A program made the position numbers and the translations under genes. A DNA stretch of 64,000 bases from Rhizophagus irregularis (Eukaryota), in NCBI RefSeq assembly GCF_026210795.1, contig NC_089429.1, positions 2,604,001 to 2,668,000 of the forward strand, in the 5' to 3' direction. Positions 50,678-62,396 of this stretch are shown here, piece after piece. Below the pieces are notes generated by a model, which did not search any database, was not told the DNA's origin, and saw nothing but the letters and a program-made list of their open reading frames with translations. The stretch's first letter is position 1, and each line of letters opens with the position of its first letter.

Positions 50678-52323
50678 TATTATTCTGCAGCTACCAATGA
50701 TCATCTTATAAATACAATAAACTATTGATTAAACAATGTCAAAAATATTAATAATAATTATGCAATAGTAATTTATTTATAACTTAATAAAAAAATATCA
50801 GTATAATGAAAAAAGTATGATTCTATCTGGCTGTATAATAACAAATAATAATGTACTTTTAACACTAGAAAAATTGGTTAGATAATGGAAAAATTGGTTA
50901 AACACAAGATTTGGAACAAAAAAATTTTTCAGAGCTTATTTTTAACTGTTTACTAATAAATTTAGAACTTAGATAAAAATTTGGTAATTAAAATACTATC
51001 AAATATTTTATAATAAATAAATTTTGAAGTATTTTATATATCTGCCATGATGATATAATTAAAAATTCAATAATTAGTAACTGTAAAAATTTGTTAAAAT
51101 AAAATGATATAATAATTGTAATTTAATTATATATATAGTTATAAAAAAAAAATTTATTAAGTTTTATTTTATACTATTATTAAAAAAAAAAGTATAAATT
51201 TATATAAATTTTAAAAAAAAAGTTTAATAATATAATAAATTAATTAAGAAATTTGAAATAATAATAAATTATAAATAATTAAGATTTTTTAATTATACGC
51301 AAGCTTATATTAAATTATCAGATTTTCATTATATGAAATTGTGTGCATATTCCACAATTACTGATTTTTTCTTATTATATATATAAATATAAAAATAAAT
51401 ACTTCAGAATGATTACATGTCTTCTTTAGTTTCAAATATTTGGAAAAAAACTTTCAGAAACTTTTTATAAATATATTATTGGTGTATATCTTAACAACAC
51501 CAAATAAATATTTCAGTTCAACTGAGTATCCCTGCAAGTACAGTAAATGATACTATTAAAAGATGTATTCTGACATTTGCTGAACATGATACATGTATTT
51601 TATGACATATTATTTATATTAATCAGCAGTTTTATCCTTTTGATGACATAATAAATAGACTAAATTTAAATCTTAACACCACTTTTCATTATAATATAAT
51701 TAAAAAATATCTTCATAATGAAGATTTTGGTAATTATACTGCATATAAAAAACCTTTTTTGGCCATCTAAAAAAATGAGATCAAACTGTGAGTAACTTTT
51801 CGTTGAAAAAATAATGCTAAAGAAAATACACTTTCCAAAACTCATATCCCGTTAAACTATACAACCATCTTCACGTGATCAATGTTGGAAATTCAGATAA
51901 TATGAGAATTTAGTAAATTTATTGTAGATGTTTTAAAAAATTAATTTTGATTTCATCATATTTGTTAAAAAAATGATAAGATATGCACATGAAATTTCAG
52001 AAAGAAAAACGATGACTGAATAATGAACAAATCCTTTATATTGACTAAAAAATATAAAGTGATAAATTAAGATAGTATAAAAAAAAACTAAAAGAGAAAG
52101 GAAAACAAATGATATAGTCAGATGAATTTAGATTTGCTCTTTTTAAGTTAAATAGTAAAGTAAAAATATAAAGAGAATCCTGCTTACTTATAATAAAGGT
52201 CACTGTAAAAAATTGATCCTTTACTAATAATTTCACCTTACTTTTTTCTTAAATTCTACCTATTGGTTAATTAGCTAAAAAGAAAAAAATTATAATAATA
52301 TAACATAAAATTTCCTTTTATAA

Positions 52324-52926
52324 TAGGATTTGCAAAGAATTTTATATATGATTTTTACTTTAAGCCTGCAAGTGATTTATTTTATAAGTAAACGGGATTC
52401 TGTATAAAAAAGTCTTAAAGAGGCTTACAATTAAAATTGTATTTAATTGATAGTGATGTTTGATGATAAATCAATCATATTTTGGGATGTTTTGATTGGC
52501 ATTATATCTATAAATATTAGGATAAATATGTGATTAGGAAAATAATTAATTAAAAATAAATAATATACACTGGTCAAAAACCAATATATCGGGTAGCAGA
52601 TATGTATCAGATATGTACCCAATATGTGTAGTATTAATGCAGAAAATTGGGTACCCGATATGTGTAAGATATGTGTAAATATATATATCGTCTACATATC
52701 ATTTACATATCATATACATATCGGTACCTGATATGTATATGATATATATATTTACATATATTTTACACATATCGGGTACCCGATTTTCGCATATACTACA
52801 GATATCAGGTACATATCGATATATACTGCTACCCGATATATTGGTTTTTGGAGTGATACTGAATGGAATAGAAATAACAGAATCATCACATATATAACTT
52901 AGAGATTGACTTTTTGCAAATCCCTA
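52324..52926. mobile_element. Possible older MITE (tagg(g)atttgcaaa termini) containing the 52568 element
   Basis: taggatttgcaaa at 52324 and tttgcaaatcccta ending 52926; no TSD found. Confidence 0.4.
52568..52855. mobile_element. CACTA-superfamily MITE
   Basis: CACT...AGTG termini, long TIR (caaaaaccaatatatcgggtagcag), ATA 3-bp TSD on both sides, gatatgt/acatatc subterminal repeats. Confidence 0.85.
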
Positions 52927-53084
52927 TGAAAAGTCTTTATATTTAAAATATACTTAAAATTTTATTAAAATATACTTAAAATAAGTATCAATTTTAATTC
53001 ACGATATACTTATAATACTTAAAATGTACCTAAAATACTTTTAAAATATACTTTTAATGTACTTGTTTTTTGCCCAAGTACTTA

Positions 53085-53700
53085 AATTATACTTAAAATA
53101 TACTTAAACTAGAATTTAAGTACAATATAAGTGTATTTTTTACATGTTTAAAATATTTTTAAAATATGTTTAAATTAAAATTAAAGTACAATATAAGTGT
53201 ATTTTTTACATATTTAAAATATACTTAAATTGAATTTTAAGTACATTTTAAGAATATTTTAAACATGTAAAAAATACACTTATATTGTACTTAAATTCTA
53301 GTTTAAGTATATTTTAAATATAATTTAATTGCCGATCTGCATGTGATAGATAGAAAAATTACTGCAAATTTGAATCTATGTTTTTCCCATAGATAAGTCA
53401 ATCAATTTTTAACCAAATCACTTGAAATTTTTATTGAAAGGACTTTGAGATTTGATTTTTTTTATCCAAATATTTAATGTGATTCTTATAAAACTCAAAA
53501 TTTTAAAAATCCATCTATAAATTGAACAAGTCAAAATTACATATGAAATCTGCGTTTTCCTTATAAATAAGTCAATCAATTTTTAACCAAATTACTTAAA
53601 ATTTTTGTTGAAAAAACTTTGAGATTATATCTTTTTTATTCAAATATTTAATATTAATATTATAAAACTCAAAATTTTACAAAAAATTTCTAAACATTGC
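53085..53700. repeat. AT-rich ~75-bp inverted repeat (about 53085-53160 / 53250-53325) followed by a 2 x ~174-bp tandem repeat
   Basis: aaactagaatttaagtacaatataagtgtattttttacatgtttaaaatatt and its reverse complement; ataagtcaatcaatttttaaccaaat..cttaaaatttt repeated near 53393 and 53567. Confidence 0.7.
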
Positions 53701-53919
53701 CAATTAGTCAAAATTTGGCAATATTTTGAATAAATTTACACCACTTTTTTTTGCCTTATAAAAGTACTGACTAGAAGCCTCAAATTTTATATTTACATAC
53801 TTTTACATATGTATTAATATATTCTTTAAAAAAAAATTAATTGAAAAATACGGATTTTTTTTTATATTTGATTTAATACTTCAAAACCTGTAAAAACATC
53901 ACGATATTAGTCAAAGTAA

Positions 53920-54208
53920 CACTGGTAAAAAAATGATTTATCCTACACATATCTTACACATATTGGGTACTCAAAATGTAGAAAATAATACACAAATAAT
54001 ACACATATCATAAATCAACGATATCGAATGCTTAATATATATATCGTAAATATATCGAATGTACTTGATAGGTATCTATTATATATATAAGTACCCGATA
54101 TGTGTATGATATGTGTATTATTTGTGTATGATTTTCTACATTTTGAGTACCCGATATATGTAAGATATGTGTAGGATATGTGTAAGATAGACCATTTTTT
54201 TACCAGTG
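53920..54208. mobile_element. CACTA-superfamily MITE related to 52568
   Basis: cactggtaaaaaaatg...catttttttaccagtg termini, nearly full fold-back, shares tacccgatatgtg motifs; TSD not conserved. Confidence 0.8.
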
Positions 54209-54484
54209 ATAATTTATTAATATTTATTATTAGCACTTATTAAATATAAGGTATATTGGTAAAATGCATTTAAGTATTTACTTAAAATACTAATAAAATG
54301 CTTAAAAAATTAAATGGTTAATAAATATTAAAATTTAGTACTTATTTAATATATTAAGCATTTATTCCTTAATAAATATAAAATTTTAATTGCTGATCTG
54401 CATATGATCGATAGAACAGATATAGTAAATTATGGCATTATATTTAATAGTAAAAAAAAATGTGTTTGAAATCTCTTTTTCCCT

Positions 54485-56540
54485 ATGTTAAAATCCCATA
54501 TTATTCCAGGAAAACTTGTTGCAACTGGTAGTATTGTGCCAGAACTTCATTATGATCTATATTTACGTAATTGGTGGATTTTTTCTAAAGAAAAAACTCA
54601 AGAAAAACAAACATATTATCCTATTCCTTTACGTTTAGGACTTGAAATTATAATCCAACTTAATAATAACCCATTTATTATACATATAGTTCGTAATGTT
54701 CATAGTTCTCTACAACCTGGCTATATTTGTAAAGGAAAAAGACAAAGTAGTGGTATTAATACAAGTGCTTCCACAGTGTTAACCGATTCGGTATGTTGAA
54801 TAGATTAACTATGATTTGCAGTCAGAAAGACTAAGTACGTTTAATTATGACTGAAATCCAATCAAACAAGATACGCTTAAAATAGGGAGTTCATTTATAG
54901 TGTAAAAGGTTATACTTTATTATAGAACTTTTCAATTATTACAAGAATAAGAACTAATAGGAACTAAAGGAACTTAACTTATAACAAAGGAAAATACCAA
55001 CGTTATTTATATAAAAGTTACTACATATAAAGATATAATAAATATAAGAAATATAATTAATATAAGAAATATAACTAATATAATAAATATAATAAATAAA
55101 TTAAATATAATAAATAAAATAATTATATCGATTATATTAAATATAATTAATATAATAAATATAATAGAAATAATAGGCTAAGTAGGCTGCAGCTAGGTCA
55201 GCTTGGCACAGTTGGGCACAGTAGATCCTAATTTTCCACATGATCTTCTGGCGTAGTAAGTTGTAACTTTACACGTGACTAGGGTAACAGCGGCTATTAC
55301 TTCTGTTTATCAATCTGTTTTTGGTAGTAAAATGAAATATGCAGGACTCTCTTATTTAGGTATAGTCCAATCTGAAACAGCACAAAAACTATTAGAAGGA
55401 GTCATATTTTGTTCTTTTATTGTTGAAGTAGAAAATATCACAGTTTTTGTTAGTTGTCTTGGTAAAATTACTATATCAAAAACAAATAAAATTGGCCATA
55501 ATTATGCAGCATCATTATTTCATAAATACAGAAGAGTACAATCAGTTTTTTATCAACACGTTGATAAAAATTCTTTTTTAATTACAATATATCAAAACAG
55601 TCAAATCGTTGCTGAATATATAGATATTTCATTTAACGCTGTTTGGAAAAAAACTGGAGTTTTGACATCTATATTAGGCGAAACTTTATTTATTATAAAT
55701 CATTCTTTAACTTTAGATAGAATAAACCAAGCACGTCAAGAACTTTATTCACATAAATTACCTAATGAATGCACACTTGCAGATTGGAATAACAAGATAA
55801 TTATGAAGCATTTATATGAATTGTATTTAAAAAGAAATATTAGACGATCAGTTGAATGGCATCAAATATTTCAAAATTGGATATAACAAAAAAGTAGCAT
55901 TATTGAATTATATACCCATTTTGATGATACATACAATATAGATTATGAATTTCAAGAAAGAGACGGAATTGCGGGCATGGTATATAATGGTATATAATGC
56001 TTTGTGCTACAGGATGTACGAATATTACTCCATATAACAAAAATATTTCTTGTGTAAGTATAAATACATATATGGTGTTATTGATATTGTAAAATTATAA
56101 TATTAATACTGTACTATCTGTAAATCTGTATATTTATAGAAGGAGTTTTGGACGAATACATCTGAACCTGAAAAAGATCATGAAACAATTGCCAAATTAT
56201 ATGCAGAAGAACTTTTGTATGTAACTTCACCAACTTGTGCATTATGGGATTGTTTTCGTAATAGTTATAATACAAATTCCAAAGAAATAGATGGTAAAAT
56301 ACACATATTATTAATAATTGCAGAAAAATTTACATATAAGGAGATAATTGAAGAGTTAAAGATAATGTGAAATTTTTGATATATTATAGAGACATGTATA
56401 TAATATTTCATTACTCATTAGTATAATTATTTAGATTTCACCTAATTCAGTTAATGCAGCACAAAAACATTCCAGAATTAATAGATCTGAATGCCTTATA
56501 CTGGAAAAGCCAGTTATTGTTCATTTAAAAATGTCAGAGA
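54485..56540 (+). pseudogene. Disrupted intron-containing gene of a repeat family, probably DNA-transposon encoded
   Basis: LHYDLYLRNWW...PLRLGLE...PGYIC...SAS|AAITSVYQSVFG joins in frame across the 54777 insertion; later exons EFWT.., DGKIHILLIIAEKFTY, KPVI; stops and frameshifts; cut at 56541. Confidence 0.6.
54777..55289. mobile_element. Solo LTR (Ty3/Gypsy-like) or Ginger-type element, 513 bp
   Basis: TGTTA...TAACA termini; 4-bp TSD gcgg on the right and acag on the left (two CpG->CpA changes); removal restores the host reading frame. Confidence 0.75.
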
Positions 56541-56598
56541 TAGGACCCTGGATATCTCCAAAACAGGTCATAAGTCACACTTTTGGGCAAACATGGCA
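56541..56598. mobile_element. Left end of a YAGGACC-family MITE, truncated by the LINE
   Basis: aggaccc.ggatatctccaaaacaggtcataagtcacacttt is almost identical to the left end of 62097-62396. Confidence 0.85.
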
Positions 56599-57322
56599 TA
56601 GTAGCCTTTATCTTTATTAGTTATTTATCAAACTTTACAAAATTACATATAAGAAAAAGAAAATAAAATAAAAACTAACTAAAAACAAAGCTATATAGTC
56701 TTCTAGAAAGAAATTAAAATTAAAAGAAAATTCAAAGGAAAATTCGCTAATACTAACACTTCCTAGATCTCCCCCCTTGATATATTCCAACCAAAGTAGA
56801 AGCAACTATGCTAACAAAATAACAAATGACGCACCCACTATTAAAATTGACACTCCATCCTGCAAAAGCGGTTATTAAGTAGCACCGTTAGACGACCCAT
56901 AAAACTCGAAATGTGATTAAACCAAGATAATCCATATTGCATCGAGTTTTTTAACCAATTGGTTCCGGAGTCACGTGAATCAACATGGGTCGGAGGTGGT
57001 AAAAACGAGTAAGGTAAATAAGAAGATTTGGGCAAACCTTTAGGCCTTGAAGATTGTTTAAGTTTTGAAGAAATGTTCATCGTATGTTCCCATAATCCTT
57101 TATCATACGAATGCGGATTCCAAATTCGTTTACGGAATTTGTTGATAAAATTGTTATGTATGGCGGCGACCACATTAATAGCAGCAAGGTGAGGAATACC
57201 TAAGTTTTTAAAAACTTCCAGAAAGGCTGTAGGCAAACAGCCACAGACAAGACTATAGGAAGACCAGTTGTTAGACGAAAAAGTCCAGCAAGGGAGGGAA
57301 GTAATTCTATTAATTGAAGAAG

Positions 57323-57793
57323 TAGAGATTGGAATCAATTTTACAATAATCAAATTTATCGAAAATCGATAAGAATCAATTTTAAATCGATTATCGAATA
57401 AAAATCGAATTTACTTATTGTGGCGCAGTAGCGTTAATAAGATTTCCCTGCGTACCCTACAAGTATTGGCCTATTTGTCACACATTATTTGTCACATAGT
57501 TAATTTCTTAATTTCTTAATGCCGGCCGTTTCGTGACATTTTGGGGTAGTCCGTTAATAAGAAGTTAGGTCGATGTCACGTGACATTAACAAAAATCCAA
57601 AAAAAGGAAAATTTGTTGTCCAATGAAATTCAAGTTATGTTGTACAAAATTCCCAAAAAGGAAATTTTTTATGTTGATCTTAATAATTTTGATAGTCACG
57701 TGACCGACAGTAGTATAATTTCGATTAATGATTAATCGACGATTAATCGATTCTAAAATCGATTCTAATAATGATAATCGATTCTAATCCCTA
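57323..57793. mobile_element. hAT-like MITE nested in the LINE
   Basis: tagagattggaatc...gattctaatcccta termini; 8-bp TSD tgaagaag / tgaaaaag; aatcga subterminal repeats. Confidence 0.85.
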
Positions 57794-58100
57794 TGAAAAA
57801 GAGTAATCACAATTGGCATTATCACGCACCCGCTTCTTTAATTTTTTGGGTAAGATGGTGAAGATATGACGTTAAAATTTGATGTAATTTAACGCGGCGC
57901 TTTTTGCATAAAAATAAGTGCATAAAATCTTCTAAGTGGTCTTCACAAGAACGACAGGTTAGAATCTCTACGTATAAATCAGGTCGTGTCCTTTTCAGGG
58001 ATTCCAAAGTAGGTAAGTCTTCCAGGAAAAGTTGAAATTTCAACGTATGATGTCTAGAGACATTTTCCTTAGTGAAGGAATTATTAAATTTGGGTTGGAA

Positions 58101-59464
58101 TAGGACCCCGCTTACTTCTAATAAAGGTCTCCGGGCAAAATTTCAGATTTACTAGTAATTTTACCAACCTTTCTTATCTCATAATTTTACCATATATATA
58201 TAGTGATAAATTTTACCTTAGATTTTCAGAGACCTAAATTTTTTTAAATATTAAATAAACAAAATATTTTATAATCATTACAATAAATTTTAAAAATTTT
58301 TTATTTTTACTAAGTTTAATTCTTATTCTTTAAAGATAAATAACTTTTATTAGTAAAAAAAGTACTTTGAATTACAAAAATACTATAAAAAAAATCTTAA
58401 AGACACACATCTTTAACTTTACTTCGAAACTATTATTCACTTACTTTCTTTAAAAAAATCTAATTAATTTTTTTTTAAAAAAAATAAATTCGTAATTGGT
58501 ATTATTATGAAAAAATGCTCGTACCCCATAAGTATTAATCCAACTGCTATGAAAATATTTATCTAAATATTTTCGACCTTGCCGAACAACTTTACTTAAG
58601 CATGAAAAAGTGATTTCATTTGACCAAAGTGCCCAAATTACGCCCTATAATTACTGATCGGGAAAATAAAAAAAAATTAAAAGTGCGAAAATTGCTCGTA
58701 TTCCGTAAATATTAAACTGATTCTTATGAAAATTAATATTCAGGTAGTTTCGATCTCGCCGAACAATATTACTTAAGCTTAAAAAGGTGATTTCATTTGA
58801 CTAAAATGCCCAAATTACGCTCCGAATTTAATAAACAAAAAACGTAAATTTTAAGTTAATATTAAAATAAAAAAATGCTCGTATGCAATAAATATTACTC
58901 CAACTGCTATAAAAATTCAAATATAAGTAGTTCGACCTTACTAAACAACTTTCTTAGATAGTAAAATATGATTTGATTTAACCAAAGTACTGAAATTAAA
59001 TTCTGAAGTTGCTAATTGCTGTACGAATTTTTATATTTTAAAAGCTAATTTTTGTAATAATTTTCAAAAAGATAGTGCTAATGCAAATAAAATTAAAAAT
59101 ATAAAATGGTTTTTACAAGTATAAAGAAGAGAATAAATTTTTTATTTTGAGAAAAAATTATAAAACGTATATTACCAAATATTGTAATAATTGTTGTACA
59201 ATATTTCAAATTAGTATATATAAGGTAAATATTAAATTTTATATACAATTTTACCTTATTATTTACCGAAACATTTGTAAACTTATATTTGATTTTACCT
59301 TATAAAACCGGAAACCTATTTTAACTTTACCTTACATATCCAGAGACCTTTATTTGTCATATATATAATTTTACCTTTATCTATTAAGAGACCTAAAATT
59401 TTTTTTTAATATAAATTTTACCTTATATTTTCGGAGACCTCTATTAGAAGTAAGCGGGGTCCTG
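58101..59464. mobile_element. Non-autonomous DNA transposon (YAGGACC family, 1.36 kb) nested in the LINE
   Basis: ~30-bp TIR aggaccccgcttacttctaata.aggtctccg; duplication (g)ttggaa; removal restores TLMFQPKFNNSF; three ~175-bp internal repeats near 58515, 58690, 58875. Confidence 0.9.
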
Positions 59465-62096
59465 TTGGAACATTAACGTATGCCAAGTAAGAGCCCAATC
59501 AACCACGTATCGGGATGGATCTGTTAAAAGAGAAATAAAACGGAAACGAGAAAGGGCTAAAAGATCTTTCATATACAACATCTGATGAAATTGTTTAAAC
59601 AGATGTCTTGGGTTGGATTCACAGACTACGTCATCATAAATCATAATATAATCATGAACCGCGGCAAGATCGAGGCGAGAGATAAGAATAGCATCCTCAG
59701 ATGTATGGGCAGTATTGGCAAGAGAGTCAGCGAAGTCATTCCAATAAAAATTAGAGTGAGCTTTAACCTTGAAAGGTAAAACTGAAAGTTGTTTATCTAC
59801 AATCAGTTGTTGGATGATGGCCCAAAGTTCAAAATTGGTAGTCTTATAATAAAGACGAGAATCTGAATAATCAGATAAGAAACAATGTTTCAAACCCTTG
59901 ATGGAAGACTGTGAGTCTGTATAAATGTGAACTACAGAGTTGGCAGGAGAAGCTGATAAAGCTGCATAAATAGCAGCAGCTTCGGCTCGAGAAGAGGAAG
60001 ACCAATCACGGATAATACCCCGCTTATAAGTGGCAATAGAGTTGAGAAAGCCAGAATCCTTGACAATTTGAACCCAGCCCCATCCCATAAAAACATCACA
60101 CGTTCCTAAATTGATAAGAGAACCATCAGTGTAAAAGGTATATTGAGAGTCTAGAGAAAGCACGACCGATGAGGAAGCAGCAACATCGCCAGCCGTAAGT
60201 AAATGAGGAGTAGGCAAAGCCTCATCAATAATATCAAAGGAGGTATGGGGAATATCAGCAGCAAGCATCGAGTAACCTAAAGGATTACAAGATGCGGTAA
60301 CAAAGTCCATGATTTCCGCCCACGACACCGTAGCAGTCAAACTGGATGTGTGATTCAAAATAAATGATTTCTTCATAGGTAAAATCCATAACTGACGAAA
60401 AGAGGCCGAATAAGAGCAGGAAACAGAACCAGTAGCAACTGATTTCTTTGAATAGGAAGATTTGTTTATATTTAAGTTGCAGTCAGGACAAGGTCGTAAA
60501 GTAATTAAATCGCTCAGACGAGATAAACAATCTGAAGTCTAATGTACAATAGTACAAGGGGTTGGATCTGAATCTGTTTGCCGAATAAGGGAAGGCCATT
60601 ATCATTCAGCGTAACAATCCAATTCTTCTTATAATCAGAAGGAGGAATGCAAGGAGCAAGTTCTTTTGTAATCAGGCTCACAGGTTGTTGTTCAGTCAAG
60701 AATCTTTCCCTTAACAAACCAGGTTTATCTGGAATCGTGACATTAGTAGAGAGATTTTTGTACCACATGGGAAGACGAGCATTACCACGCTTTTGAACAG
60801 AGTTAGCATATATGACAGACCAAGAGAGCAAATGTGTTCCTTGAGGTGTCAAAAGTTGCAAAAGATAAAAAAGGCCACGTTTTTGAAGTCTTGTTAAATT
60901 GGCTTTAAATACATCCAAAGAAAGACATTGATAAATAGGAGTATGGCCATTGGGGTAGGTTAAATCAAGCACAGATGATAGATTAGCGCGTGACAAACGA
61001 AAAGGAGTTGAGAGCAATGAAGCTAGAGTATTAGCGATATAATCTTGTTTAAAAATTATAAGAGAAGACCAACAAGTCCAATCCAAAACCATCAAGGGAG
61101 AAATAGGAATTAAACAATAAAATTGAATAAATCGCAACCTATAATTAAATAATGATTTCATAAAAACAGAAGAAGAATTTGCTAACAAAAATAAATTAGT
61201 AAAATGACTTTGTTGTTGAAATGAAAATAAATTGATCAAACCCAAAGCATGTGTTAAATATAACACCACATTAGGAACAGAGTGTGATAATTTGGCTTTA
61301 TGTTTAACTAAGGCACGAACTGAAGAGGTAATAGTGGAGCATTTAGCCTCAGATAAATGTGTAACTTGCATTCGATAGTCCAATTTCGGAATCAAAACAG
61401 TATTATAAAGATACACCACTTGTTGAACAGTCAGTTTCGCAGGGCGAAGAATTGCAGAGAAAGAATTACATTCTCGTTTAAGTTGTTGTCGGATAAAGTT
61501 CCTAAAACCGTTAATATTAAACCAAACTCCTAAAAACTGGAAAGATGAGGACATAAGGATAGGAGTAACAATAATGTTGGGCGTGGAGTTGAGCGATGAA
61601 ATCGACAAATTAAAGGCTATAGGAGACAAATCTCAAGAAGCAGCGACTGCATTAGTGGCTAAAACATATTTGTTGTGATTGGCTGAGGTATTGTTTAAAC
61701 AATAAAATTCTTCAGTAATAGACAACATATATTCCATTCCTTCTTTAGAAGAAGAGATTAAAGTAGAATCATCCATGAACACCAAATTATTAATTTCTAA
61801 AACATCTGGAGAACAAGAATTTGATGAAATAGTATAGGGAGCCAATGGAGAGACCAAACGATAAGGGTCTTTCTTCTCATTTCTGAGAGTTGTAAGTAAA
61901 GGGTCTAAATAAATAACCCATAAAAGCGGAGAGATAACTTCACCTTGGTCTATTCCAATTCTAACTCTATATGGTGGAGTAGGGCCATGTGCAGTAATGA
62001 CACGATTAGAACGTGACATAAATAAAGAGAGTAAGAATTGAATAGCATTTTGAGGCAAACGTAAACGTTGAAAAGCAAAACGCAACATAGATAAAT

Positions 62097-62396
62097 CAGG
62101 ACCCCGGATATCTCCAAAACAGGTCATAAGTCACACTTTCGGCAGATTGGCCTATTTTTCAGGAGGCTCAAAAAATCGTTTTTTGTAAATATCTCGGCAT
62201 CCAGTGGTCCAATTTTGATGAACTTTTTTATAAATTGTAGAGCTAAATGAGGGCTACAAAGTAAAAAAAAGTTCATTAAAATTGAATTACTGGATGCTGA
62301 GATATTTACAAAAAACGATTTTTTGAGTTTCAGCAAAAAGGGGTGTTTTTGGCCAAAAGTCCATTATGACCTTTATATTAGATATCCGGGGTCCTG
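62097..62396. mobile_element. Fold-back MITE (YAGGACC family, 300 bp) nested in the LINE RT
   Basis: caggaccccggatatct...agatatccggggtcctg; duplication (g)ataaat(c); removal restores AFDSVDLSML; interior almost palindromic. Confidence 0.92.
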
